62,400 nucleotides of DNA, filler included, from Hausera hauseri (GCA_046269625.1; 12 parts of 12 records of this genome joined end to end with filler, not necessarily neighbours in it); one strand, 5' to 3'. Counted from the first letter of the whole stretch, positions 22,836 to 35,420 are shown. Program-made: numbers and translations. The notes: generated by a model not told the origin, from the letters alone.

Positions 22836-24010
22836 TTATACAATGACTGTTCCGTTTTTCGTTATTTCCACCTCGGCATCAAATACACCGTAGATGTACA
22901 TCATGGTAGATTGCTCCAACGCTTTAGCAAAGTGAATCTCCAATCGTAGGTTTCCCTGCTGAGGTAGTTTGGTCTGTTCATCGTCATAGTCCTGAGCCAG
23001 AACAAAGGTAAAGAATGGATGGGTGGACTTGAATAAATCCATCGATATGCCATTGTTAACATTTTTGTTCAGCAAACCCATGTTATGCACGATAGATTGC
23101 ATATATGTGCAAACATAATCGCCGGTCTCGAAATCTTGCTTGTACATCTCAACGAAATCCACATTCTTACCCAAATTGATGTAATTCATATTGTTATGGG
23201 TAAACGTTTTCGAATCGGTGGTATAGCAGCCCGTTTGTTGAGCAGTCGATTAAAATGTAACGAGCACAAATTTCGGCAATCGCATGTCGCCAAACAGTGC
23301 GTCCTTGTAAAACTTTGTCGAACCTTTGGGTATGGTGTAAAAGACGAGTTCTGTGCGTTGTAATGGGTAACAGGCATTTTGTGTTTCCAAGCCCAATCGA
23401 TATCCCATGAGCACAGATGGTTCTACCTTTACACGTCGTACGTACAATTGTGCCTCGGTAATTTTCAGTATGGGTTTGAGACCTGCAACGGCGGTTTTCA
23501 AACAAAAGACATTGTCGCTGCGTTTGAGTCGAATCATGGTTTTAATACCGGGCAGTAGGTATTTCGGCTGATCGAAAAAGTCAAAGTACAGCGGTCCGCA
23601 AATTGTAAGTGCTTTTAATTCTGCCACCCATGCCTGACGGTTTGCGGCTGTGGCATCGTATCCGATGGTTTCGTCAAATTAGTTTTTTTCTTGTCTGCGC
23701 TGTAATTCAGAGCCGTTTCAGTCAGTGCTTTGACACTGTATAGACTGTTGTTGCCTTTGAATTTGACGCTGTTTAGAGTCAGTGAAGCTTCGTGGAACAG
23801 TGTGTAGAAAATGTAATTGGTTGGTGTGACATTGTCTGTTGCAACAAGAATCGCTGACGAATCCTTTTTAACAATGACTTTTGCATAGAGTAGCCCATCG
23901 TTCAAATCCAGGTATTCGTTGTCCGATACCATAATGTTAAATTGAATGTCAATGTTATCGTCCGTTGAAACCAAATCAACAGGGTAGATTTCTTTAAATG
24001 CCGCATTGTC
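22836..24010 (-). pseudogene. double jelly-roll major capsid protein (hexon-like) of Polinton/adintovirus
   Basis: EIYPV..IQFNI..EYLDL..LYAKVIV; GPLYFDFFDQPKYLLPGIKTMIRLKRSDNVFCL..ITEAQLYVRRVK; LPKFVLVTF..NPFHF-like; GNLRLEIHFAKAL..MYIYGVFDAEVEIT. Split over ORFs 23615-23974, 23250-23627 and 22836-23189. Confidence 0.88.
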
Positions 24011-24365
24011 AATAAATTCGTATGACGATGACGTTTGTTTATAGTTGAAAAGCTAGTTGATCTACAATGTTTCCTAAAACCACTACCAGCGAATTGTTCT
24101 TTGACTGATTCAACGACTCCTGGTGCAGCGGCGCTTTTACTTCGGACAAGGAGTGTTCCTTCAGTGATGGTAAAATCTGTCTGTTTTCATTTAGTACGTC
24201 CTGTGCTGCTTTTGCTGCCACGGCTCCAATATGCTTCAACACCGGAAATGCTAAACGCGCCAATGTACGCAACCATCCAGAGCCATACTGTTTACCAATG
24301 ACATACGGCAGTTAACCGCCCTGCTGCGGTTTATTGTAAATGGAAAGGATTTTAGAAACAATCAT
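24010..24365 (-). pseudogene. small basic/amphipathic virion core protein precursor
   Basis: MIVSKILSIYNKPQQGG*LPYVIGKQYGSGWLRTLARLAFPVLKHIGAVAAKAAQDVL.. then, frameshifted, EQFAGSGFRKH..KRHRH. GG/GxG motifs, amphipathic helix and basic tail; ATG overlaps the penton stop. Confidence 0.7.
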
Positions 24366-25440
24366 GTTGTTGTTGTTGGTTTCGATGGAAGTGAAGAATT
24401 AGAGTGGTTGTGGCACCGTACGGAAATTCAATACGAAATCTGGCGTCACATCGGATATTCACTTCAACATTGTTTGTAAATGTAGATGCCACAGGTAGGT
24501 ACATTGGATTATCGAGCTTGACAGTGACATTGTCGCTAAAAGTATACTTGCTGATTTCCGGATAAATTGCACGGAGTAGCGGTACACGTACCCCACCAAC
24601 CAAAATCTGTTAGGTTACTTTCACGTAAATGTACATTTGACTTAGTCTCGTTTTCAGTTTGGGTTTAAGTGTTCCAACATGTGCAGCCACCGCCGTCTTC
24701 GATGCCTGAAACCGCTGTTTTCCAAAACCCAATACCATGGCCAAAGCTTTGTGCAATGAAATGTCGACAATATCCTTAGCCAGTTCAAATTTAATGTACC
24801 CATTTGCATCTGACTCGAAAACTTTAAATATTGCCTTGTACTTTTTATTTGAAAAGTGTTGACAGAAATGTGCTACAGATTCACAATAGACATTGTCGCC
24901 AATCGATAAGTATAACGTTGACACCTTTTCGGTTGTCTAGGTAAACTTTACCGCTGTATGGTAAAATAAGGGACTTAATTTTGGACCAACTACATATTTA
25001 CTTTTAATATGTTTACCTTTGTACTCCGTATTTTTAAATCCAAATTTCTGCGCCATCTCAGAGGACTCAAAGTTAACAGTAAATTCAAAATCTGCCATAA
25101 AATGTAAATTTTGATCTAAAATGAAAACACCGATTTTTTTCTGTGATCCGTAATTTGCTTCGGTCATTCAAATGGCCGATGCGCGAACTGTTATTTTATC
25201 GTTAATAAGTGTCAGAGGACAAGAATGTGTTTTGGTTTCAATAACAGTCTTGTTGTGTATTATTTGCATACTACCTTTCAATGTCACCGGTGCGTAGGGA
25301 AAGTTAAATTCCGTCAGTGCAACTTCCCATTGTCCAGATAAATCCAAAGGATTGTTCCAATCTACAACGTATTCATGGGTTGAATTGTTCGGACGAGTTG
25401 TCGGACAATTGCTTCTCAGCAATACCATGTAAATACTCAT
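24352..25440 (-). pseudogene. minor capsid protein (penton, single jelly-roll with central insertion), ~362 codons with 3 premature stops
   Basis: ORFs 25168-25440, 24937-25167, 24610-24924 and 24352-24603 share one frame. N-terminus YMVLLRSN..PNN..PLDLSGQWEVALTEFNFP; C-terminus MYIY..VGGVRVPLLRAI..NPMYLPV..NVEVNIR..F..TTLILHF. Confidence 0.85.
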
Positions 25441-25482
25441 GATCTCGATGACGATGATGATGGTGATAACGCATTTTGTTTA

Positions 25483-25720
25483 TTATCGACGTCGAAAATG
25501 TAACGTCAAATGTGTCGTTGACCCAAACAGAAATTTAATGGTTTTCCAAAATTCATCAAGCATATACACGGAAATACTGTGCACAATATGGTGAGACAAT
25601 GATAAGAACATGGATCTGAATACGTTAACACGAATAGTTTCATCCGATGTTTTGTACTTGTCAGAATCCAATTCGATAGAAGACAGTAGTTGTTTACGTT
25701 TTCAACTCTGGTGACCACAG
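25483..25720 (-). pseudogene. second penton-like gene, C-terminal remnant
   Basis: ..RSMFLSLSHHIVHSISVYMLDEFWKTIKFLFGSTTHLTLHFRRR parallels the neighbouring penton C-terminus (NVEVNIRCDARFRIEFPYGATTTLILHFHR). Confidence 0.65.
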
Positions 25721-26171
25721 CGGCCAATGCCCTTTGGCCCATTTGGTTGGGCACGGCCGGACTTCCGTTGCCGTAGAGTCGGATCTTTAGTTGGGTCCGA
25801 CTTCCCCGCCTTAAAAATTTAATTCCCTAACAGGTGAGTTCAAACGTTCAGGCAACCACACAAAGTTATCAAATGACAATTGAACCCAATTACGTTTGTG
25901 TATTTCGGTAAAATTCACAAAGCTTGTCAAATATAATTTTGATTTTCCTTTTTTCTCCAACTTCCTTTTAATCGAAAGAATTAATTATGAAATCTACTCT
26001 GAAAGGTACCGGCTTTTGGCTGGTCAGACGAATAAATTCATTTGGCAACTGAATCCAATAAATCTCGTAACGAGAATCAAAAACGAATCAAATATACAGC
26101 CAACAGATAGTCCAGATATTGAAAAAGATGCCACTGATTGCGACATTCATTTTCTATCAAAACTTCATAAA

Positions 26172-26305
26172 TACAACCACTGCAATATTCTGTTTGAGGA
26201 TCTGACAACGTATTGTCTCCACATGGGTTTTCATAATGTTAACAATCCATGGCAATGTAACATGTGCGGTAAAAATTGTATTTTCATTTCTCCAACGGGC
26301 CATGG
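26172..26305 (+). pseudogene. Ikaros/Hunchback/Pegasus-family C-terminal dimerisation zinc-finger pair, decayed
   Basis: YNHCNILFEDLTTYCLHMGFHNVNNPWQCNMCGKNC matches CxHCxIxFxDxxxYxxHMGxH....PxxCNxCG; the first Cys is lost and the second finger is truncated. Confidence 0.75.
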
Positions 26306-26897
26306 CATGAAATTAACAACAGAGTATCTTATTTAATGTCTAATGCTCTAAATCATAATATTGAATCAGCCAATACGGATTTAAGAGATCAAGAAATTAA
26401 AGCAAAAATATCGCAAATTCTCCTTTCATTATTGAAACCAAGTACGGTAGAAAAAACCATATCAAATTCGTCAATATGGTAAACGGATCGCATACTGCCG
26501 ATGATTCAGTGGCTCAATGAAATCGATGTGCCCTCATCATCCATATCCGTGATTATGAACAAAGAAAAGCTAACAAAGGACCTTCTGATTAGAATGACAT
26601 TAGTTTTTCTTCTTCAATGGCTAGTGCATTTATATCATTTGCAGACGTCCTTACTTCCTTAAAATGCTGGATTATGTATCTGTAAAAGGACTTTAGATTT
26701 CTACGAAAATTCCTGTGATCTATTCTAATTAAAGTTATTTGTAAATTTGCAATTTCTGTCTCTATTTTTTTATCTTTCTAGTATAGTGAACTTTATTTCA
26801 CTTTGTTCGTGTATGTGTATGTATTGCTGTTTGTAAACAAGTGCCTAGCGTTTCTTTTAATTTTTTATTGTGATGTATTTTGTGCAACATGTATTAC

Positions 26898-26997
26898 NNN
26901 NNNNNNNNNNNNNNNNNNNNNNNNNNNNNNNNNNNNNNNNNTTAATTAATTAANNNNNNNNNNNNNNNNNNNNNNNNNNNNNNNNNNNNNNNNNNNN
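26898..26997. other. artificial contig linker
   Basis: N44-TTAATTAATTAA-N44. Confidence 0.98.
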
Positions 26998-27644
26998 TAC
27001 AATGGAAAACCTACATTTCAATCTTAAGACCAAAAATTGTAATAGCAGATTTGGTCAATTCCCTATTAATTATGGAAACATAAAACTGAAATATGACCTA
27101 GTTATGTTAGTTATTACACAATGCAGCTCAAATTTGTTTTCTAATTATTTCAGAACACATGACCTAGAAAAATATTATTGCATTTTCAACACCACTTTTC
27201 TAATAAATAAAAGACTGAACATTGTTATGTATATCACAACAAAATATCAGACCGAGCTCAAACAGAAAAAAATAATGCATACCATTTTTATTTCAATAAA
27301 ATTCAGCAAAAAAAAATTGTACAGAATACAAACAAAGCCATCAATTAGTTCAAAGAAAAATCATTATTTTGTAAAGATAGTATTACAACTAGATTACACA
27401 ACATGCCTGCACATTCCTCAATTAATACAGCACATAGACTTGGTTAACAAAACGTGTGCATTTTATTCGGAGACAAGTCAGCAGACCTATTACTCTGTGA
27501 TAATGCACATCATAGCACAACAATAAAGTATGAAAGAATGCATTTTAAACAGAACACAGAAGGAATCGTCAATTACACAATTCAAATAACAAAGATTAGC
27601 AAAAATCAATGTCAGCTGGTTTATGGTAACCTATTTAACTTACT

Positions 27645-30597
27645 ATGGATCTAAATATAAACAATAATTTTATACTAGACAATGATTGCTATGAAACAAC
27701 TGTGATTGACGATTTTTCTTTTAAATTACAGATTAAACAGTACATATGATAAACCGCTTGGCTACCTTAATATAATTCACATGAACGAACATACGTAGTT
27801 TAAGACATAATTTTGATGAATTTCTATACCACATTGGTAATAGTAAAGTAAAATTTCAAATTATAGTTTTAACTGAAAGTTGGATTACGGATGAATCAGA
27901 GTTTAATTTCTCAATAGATGGATACAAGGGTGTAAATAAAAGTAGTAAATACACAAAAAGTGATGGATTATGCATTTTTATACATAACACTGTCGACTTT
28001 GAAATTGTAGAGATCAGCATTGAAAACAGTAATGCCATCTGTATAAACTGTAAATATAGAAACAAAAGCTTTAGAGTAATAGGATTGTATCGGTCACCTT
28101 CCTTAAATATAAATACTTTTATAACAAGTCTAGACTCCATTTTACAAACAATGAAAAACGTACATAACATTATAACTATTGGGGATTTAAATCTATTTAT
28201 AACAGATAATAACAATTTAATCAATGAGTATCTCTGTACAATGCATATAAACGGATTCAAATCATATATAAACAAACCAACAAGGATAAATAATGCAAGT
28301 GCAAGCTGTATAGACCACATATTTTTAAAAAATAAAGATTTTAATAATAGCAATATAATAGGAACAATTATTAAAACAAATATTACAGACCACCATTGTG
28401 TTTCTCTCCAAATAAATATGAACTGTCAAGATTATAAGGAAAATACAATAACCAAAACGCGTAAAAAATTAAATTGGGAAAAACTAAAAGTAAATCTTGG
28501 TAAAGAAACCTGGAGTGACATAGTTTCTGATAATATTGATACTTTTGTAGATAAGTTTGTAAACAAGTTAAATGATTACATAACTAAAGAAACTAGAATT
28601 ATTAATGTACCGCGTAATAAACAACCAATAAAAAAATGGATCACCCCAGGCTTAATAAATTCCATTAGAGTAAGAGACAATATGCATAAGAGAGTTACAC
28701 AAGAGCCATCAAATATTGCCCTAAAAGAAAAATATAAAAAATACAGGAACAAATTAAATCAGTTAATAAAGGCCACAAAAATAAAGTACTACGAGTGCAA
28801 GCTGGATGAATCTAAGGGAAATTCCAAAAAGACATGGGATTGTATAGCGGAAATGTTAGACTCTAAAAAAATAAACAACAGAGCTGATATCGACCCAGGG
28901 ATATTAAACTCATATTTCGTTCAGGTAGGTGAAAACCACGCAAAAAATTAATCAATGATATTAATAAAATCACAATGCCAGAATCACTGCAATCTTCCCC
29001 GTTACAAAGTATTTTTCTAAACCCAACAAACGAAAAAGAAGTAATACAAACAATAAATTCTTTAAAAAATAATATGTCACCAGGCATAGATGATATCAGT
29101 GGGTACTGTGTTAAAGAAATAGGGAATTTTATTGCCAAACCATTAGTAAAAATAATAAATGAATGTTTCAGGAAAGGATACTTCCCACAAAAATTTAAAG
29201 TGGCTAAAATTACAGCAATTCATAAGTCCGGCGATCTAAGTAACCCGGAAAACTACCGTCCCATAAGCCTTCTAAGTAACTTCGCAAAAATAATAGAAAA
29301 AATCATTAAAAAAAGATTGCTAGCTTACCTAAAGCAAATTACTTTTTTTGAAAATAACCAGTATGGTTTTCAAGAAGGTAAATCAACAAGTGATGCTGTA
29401 TTGCGATTGATAGAAATAGTAAATAAAAACTTTAATACAAATCGTAAAACCTTATCAGTATTTCTGGATTTGTCAAAGGCTTTCGACACAATTCCTCATT
29501 CAGTATTGCTTCATAAATTGGAGAGAGCTGGAATAAGAGGTGTGAGCAACCAATTAATTAGGAGTTATCTTGAAGACAGACTTCAAATACTAATAGCAAA
29601 TGGAAAGTCTGATTCAAGAGAGCTATCAGGCTTTGGACTACCCCAAGGTACTGTACTTTCTCCAATACTCTTCCTAATTTATGTTAACGATCTGATGAAA
29701 TTGGATATTCGTAACTGTGAGGTTTTGTCGTTTGCTGATGATACGGCTCTGATATTCACTGACGAGTCTTGGGAAGAAGTGTTTAAATGTGCTAACAGAG
29801 GATTAATAAAGGCCAAGTCATGGTTTGATAAACATATTTTAACTTTGAACTCTAAAAAAACAAAATTTATATGCTTCTCACCAAATGATAAAGGCCAACC
29901 GCCATTAACCTTAAAATTACAGATGCATACCCATAACTATGGAGAAAGAAACAATACTAACTGCAACTGCAGTAATATAGAAAAGGTCAAAGTATTTAAA
30001 TATTTAGGAATACTAGTGGATCATCATATAAAATGGGATATGCATATAAATTACTTATGTTCTAGATTAAAGTACCTTATATATAAATTTTATAAAATAA
30101 ACGAAATAAAACATTTAAATATAATAAGGATAATTTATTTTGCATACGCTCAGTCTCTTTTCCAGTATGGAATTGAGATATGGGGTGGTGCTTTCGACAC
30201 ACATTTTAATAAGTTATTTGTCCTCCAAAAACATTTAATTAGAGCAGCTCTGGGTAGGCCTAGATTATATCCTAGTAGACTACTCTTTCAGGAGCTTAAT
30301 GTACCAACACTACGACAGACTTACTTACAGAAAACTATTTTCCATATAAATAAAAATAATCAAATATTTACAATTCGAAATACACCATACAACACCCGAG
30401 TACATAGCACCAACACATACAATGTAGCCTTTACAAGACTGACTATAAGTAGACGTCAGTTTACTCATTTGAGTGCACTGTTAATTAATAAAATTCCTCT
30501 TTATTTTATAAGCAATAAACTAACAAAAACTCTAAGAAATAATATAAAACAATGGGTTAAAAATGAAATATACTTTAAGATACTTTTTTTAAATTAA
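27645..30597 (+). mobile_element. non-LTR retrotransposon ORF2 (APE endonuclease + RT), CR1/L2-group, nearly intact
   Basis: APE: HMN(I)RSL, VLTESW, GLYRSP, IGDLN, CIDHIF, TDHH. RT: NYRPISLL, NQYGFQ, FLDLSKAFDTI, GLPQGTVLSPILFLIYVNDL, FADDT, KYLGILVD. ORFs 28085-28951 and 28975-30597 are separated by a 1-nt shift in an A run (~28945); a GAAC duplication near 27785 also shifts the frame. Confidence 0.95.
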
Positions 30598-32996
30598 AAT
30601 GGCTTTTTTATTTTGTTGGCTCACTTACAAAAAATAAAAATATTTATACTTCTAAGTATTAAGGGTTTCTGACGGGGACTAATGGAACTATCCTTCCTAG
30701 TTCATGCCCAAAAGATATGGCCTTTCAGGAGCATCTAGAATAACGTCTTGTTAGATCGCATCAGTAATACCTTTTACAATATGGAACATTTAGATTAAAC
30801 GTGTCCATCACATTCAAGACGTCTTCCCCTAAATCCAGACTATAATCTCTCTCAGATATGACTACTCCTACAACCCTCAACATTTCCAATCAAAATAGAA
30901 AGTGCAGATATCTTGTCTGCATTTTGGTATTTTGTGTATAAATACAACCAAACAGTTTGTCTGATTTGCTATGCAACTGTACATAGTATGAAAAACAGCA
31001 AAGCTCTTACCTGCCCAACATTGACTGGCATAGCTTAGTTAATAAAAGTGACTGCAATGCTATTTTTTCAGTTCCTGAAGCAGGGCTGATCAGCTCCCAA
31101 CCATGAGCAGCTTCATATGAATGTTTTAAAACCCCCATTCTTTACATGTAATGCATTATTTAGAGGCTGCTCTAAAGATAAAAGGGAACAAAGATAAAAA
31201 CATTAAAAGACTAAAATCTCCTTCTATTGTTGTTTTTAGTGTTTTTGTAGCTTTTTATGAAGTTGAGATTTTTAATAATGTATTTATAGGTACTTTGAAT
31301 TGTTGGGAGATTTTCCTTTCTGGGTGTATGAGTTAGCTTAAGTTAGTTAGAGATCAATATCGGTGCATGCGAATGTTTCCATAAATGTTCTATTCTTCTC
31401 TCATTAATGGCATTTCAGCTTAGATGCACAAATTCCATATCAGTGGTGAAGACTTGAATTATTGTAGAATTTTGCCAGGGCAGTAGCCATTAAACCTTTT
31501 CTTATTAGTTTCAAACTACCAAAGAATTTTAAACATGTATAATGTAAAATAATGCACAATAATGTACACAGATGTCCAATCTCACTTTACAAAAGGTCAG
31601 GAGAATATTTTTACAAGAGGATATCAAGAGAAAACAATCCCAAATGCCTTCACTAATATTTGAGCCCCAGAACTCTAGCACTTGAGTTAGTGTACTGGTA
31701 TACGTTTTTTATGGGTGATCATCTTTTGGTGACGAGGAATGATTTTTACACATGAATTGCACATAACTGAATGCATATTATCTGGTGTATACTGGGACCA
31801 GTGAAGAATTTTACATTGCTGTCTGTGATTTCTTTACAGTAACTATTTTAGTTCATGACCTGAAAGTTCAGACAAAGTTCACCAGCCTCAGGTGAGCTGT
31901 CTGGCATAAATACACCAAATCACAGGTGATTTAAGGCAGAAATTAATGCAATTCAGTCTATTTCTGCTCACATTGCTAAGGTCACTTTCACCAGAAAATT
32001 TCTGTAAGACAATTGTAGTGTATGAATTACCACAAGTTTGTGCTTTTCCCATGGTTTTTAAATTAGCATCAGAAAATGGCATACTCATTTCCTTATTTCT
32101 GAAGGTTCTCATCTCACCGCTCTAAGAATTCCGCTCCTTACTTTGCTACTTCTATTCTCCTCGTTACTTATTGTCTTCATTGTGTTTGAGTACAAAGCTA
32201 TTGAGATTCAAAAAGCGAGGCCCCCTGTCTGAATATTCTGCATGACATTATGTCTCAGCCAGCCTCCTCCCATTGATGTGTAAATGCTGATGTTTCTGAA
32301 GTACGCCCTAGCTTTAAAAACCGTTTGCTACAAAGATTGAGGTTTTTGAAATATGTTGGCTAATCCTTTTTTTCTCCTACCTCCCATGCAGCACAGTCTT
32401 TATGAGCCGTTGTGTCTTGGGAACAGTGGAACAACATTGATCTCTGTGTTTTAGAGGCTAATCTTGTCATGACTGAGGGTACGCCAGCCAGCAAATCGTA
32501 GCTCTTTTTTATTGTGTGGAACACGTTCAGCCCACTGCACAATGTGTCAGCAGCAGTCTGATTACTTTATCTACTGAGCTGATTCATTTAGGCTGACTAT
32601 TAAGAGACATTTTCCAAATAAAGGAATATGATTGGCTAATATTTATTTTTTTCTGCTTTGTGATTCTGTTAAATTAACCTAACATCAGCAGAAAACTGTA
32701 TGAATGATCTTTGGTGGAAGTCTTGTTCTTTATCTGGCTGAGAAGCTGAATTTACCATAAGTGCTGTAATTTGGTGCACAAATGGTCCATCTCTTACAGC
32801 TCTGAGTGTGGCTCTGTAAAAAAAGAATAGGCTGACAGGAAAATTGAATTTTACGGCCTCCCATCAAAGGGGCTGTGTTCGTTCAGTGCACTGTGTGGCT
32901 GCAGGCATTCCGATTATGATAGAAGGCTCTACTTTGGTCATAGGGCATTGAATCAGCCAATGTGAGCTGAAGAGTGACACATCTGAGCATGTGGGT

Positions 32997-33176
32997 CACA
33001 CAGTTTCCTTTACGTAACCGCCTAAGAAAAAGTCTAATGGAGTGAGATCAGGAGATCTCGGTGGCCAGAACTTTAGAGCCAGGTCATTTTGATCCATGCG
33101 TCCTATCCATCGCTGAGGAAGGTACCTATTCAAAAAGTCTCGGACTTCGAGGTGCCAATGGGACGGAGCTCCATCC
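32997..33176 (-). mobile_element. Tc1/mariner (rosa/Visitor-like) transposase fragment
   Basis: DGAPSHWHLEVRDFLNRYLPQRWIGRMDQNDLALKFWPPRSPDLTPLDFFLGGYVKETV. Confidence 0.85.
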
Positions 33177-33276
33177 NNNNNNNNNNNNNNNNNNNNNNNN
33201 NNNNNNNNNNNNNNNNNNNNTTAATTAATTAANNNNNNNNNNNNNNNNNNNNNNNNNNNNNNNNNNNNNNNNNNNN
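33177..33276. other. artificial contig linker
   Basis: N44-TTAATTAATTAA-N44. Confidence 0.98.
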
Positions 33277-34105
33277 ATCGACCCTCTGATAACAGCTACG
33301 AGGAATCTCAAGGAAATCTTCTTGTTTCGGTTATCACCGACGATTCTTCAACTAGGAAATCAAGGAAAACTCTTAAATATCCTGATTCTTCATAAGCCGG
33401 GTGGCCAGAGTTAAGATATCTCTATTTTCTCCGGTACACCCCTGGATTTGTGTGTAACACCGTTAACACAGTGTACCTCTCGACGGACATGACTATCGCC
33501 ATATGTATTGTCCGTTCGTATGTCAGAAACCAACAGTCAGTTGGAAAAACTTCTCAGTTTTTCTCTGACTCTCAGTTCAGGGAGTTGCTCGTGTCTTGAG
33601 TTCGTATTCACGAGCTGTTTACAGTTTCTCGCTGAACTGTTTTTGAACTGAATGCTCTATGAGCCAAGGGACGTAAACTTTAATTTCCAATGGTCCTTCA
33701 GTTCGCTTCTATTCTTCCATTCTTCCACTCTCTCATCCCTCATACACTCCTTACTATGGATTCTCACCACACCGTATAGGCATCATTTGAAAAGAAATCT
33801 TACTATAGAGAACAAGAAAATACCCAATCATTTTTAGCCTCGGGAAATAAAATACAAGTCGATAGGACAAACTACGCATAGAGAAAATAGCACAGTTAGG
33901 CAAGGTTTACTGTGGAAATGCACTCCCCTCCGGAGTAGAGGAGCTTCGGGAGACCAACATCAACCTGGAGCACGGCTAAAGATTAATACAGATTAATACA
34001 GAAAAACCATCACGGAACAAGAAAATGAGAAATTCATCATACATCATAAACTGAAAGTCATGGTGACGATGATGCTAGGTTCCGTCAGTGGAGTGAACAG
34101 AAATT

Positions 34106-34137
34106 TGTAGTAGTAGTAGTTGTTGTAGTTGTTGTAG
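34106..34137. repeat. (GTA)n/(GTT)n microsatellite
   Basis: TGTAGTAGTAGTAGTTGTTGTAGTTGTTGTAG. Confidence 0.75.
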
Positions 34138-35079
34138 GCAAGTCGATGAGATATCGAATGGTTAAGATCGGTGCACATCCTAGGACTGCAGGTAGGACTG
34201 TTGGTTATTGTAGTGCAAGGTAGTGTATGTTTCTATGTCAATTGAACGTACAAGCAAGTCGATAAATCTAGTCTTCATGTCCAAGTACCCATTTATCAGA
34301 TTTACGCATTACAATTTTTCACGACACGCCACTGCTGCAAACACAAATGGCTCTGTCAAGTAGGTCTTTCTTTCATCGTAATGCCACGTCGCGTTTAAAT
34401 TGAACACAGTATGAACAACTTTCATTTATATCCATACTTTAGAAAAGTACTTCGCACTCATTATGAACCGTGGTTACGGTGATCTTAACAAGTGCAAAAG
34501 ATTCATATTCTAAACTAGTATCTTGTTCAATGTAATGCCGCATTGCATTAAAATTGAAGACGTTAACACAAGATTGAAAATACTCTGCACTCAGTATGAA
34601 CCGCAAATGGAGTACGGTGATCTTAACAAGGGGGTAGTGGAGTCCAGATAAACTCTGTGGACTCCCGAGTAGCCGACGACGCGATTACTATGGCCGATCA
34701 TCACCAGGTGTGGTGACTGCCGAGGCACCATTCTATACACGATGAGCTTAAATGTGGCGGCCTCTCCTACATTACTTTGTCGAAATCCAAGACTACTCTA
34801 GGTGACCCTGTTTCCGCAGAGTTATCCTTGGGGACGACCAAGTATCCAGCGGTATAACTGAAAAAGGGAAGAGGTAGTGCAGAACCTAACCGCTTGTGGT
34901 ACACGCTATTCACCTCATCAATCCCACTGTCAATTCCCCTTGAGTTTCAATATTTATCATCAAATATGTGCCACATTCACTTCTTGCCCGTGGATGCACG
35001 TATACATACGCATGAATGTATGTTTATGAACGTATCAACATACAGTATAACTAAACTATATCGAACAAATTATCCTAAC

Positions 35080-35420
35080 AAGGCTGGTGATTTGAATGGG
35101 ACCCACTTGAGTGAGACCACGAAGACCCTAATGCCACAGGGAGATAGAATGAAGAGCTCTGCCATACATCAAGCTTCATTCTTTTACAAAACTCAGCATC
35201 AACACCAAAATCTGCGTCATAGGGCTCACCTCTTATTACGTCAGCCCGATTTGACAATCTGTTTTGTTGATCGTATGAACTCTTGCTGTATAGAAATACT
35301 TGATGACATTGGGAGTGACCATAAACCTCGCCTAAGCATTCTTTTCTTATATCCAGTAACACATACCTTAAGCCAAAAAACAAGGCGTAAGTTCAACAAA
35401 GTAGACTGAAAGCTGTAAAA
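35080..35420 (+). mobile_element. non-LTR retrotransposon APE endonuclease fragment (I/Ingi/R1-like)
   Basis: AGDLNG..QPDLTI..DDIGSDHKP..RRKFNKVD* (GDFN, PDL, GSDH.P and F.KA.W motifs). Confidence 0.65.

Larger units (their letters stand above)
21710..25720 (-). mobile_element. endogenous Polinton/Maverick (adintovirus-like) virion morphogenesis module
   Basis: Compact, co-oriented, intronless array on the minus strand: penton-like C-terminus, penton, small core protein, double jelly-roll capsid, adenain-like protease, further penton-like remnant. Confidence 0.88.

Noticed and set aside
27002-27654. 174-aa and 66-aa ORFs upstream of the LINE ORF2 as ORF1
   Set aside because: AT-rich composition, no recognisable ORF1 motif (no PHD, RRM or knuckle); cannot be supported
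30600-32990. Short ORFs in the region after the LINE
   Set aside because: No motifs or coding signal; treated as intronic or intergenic
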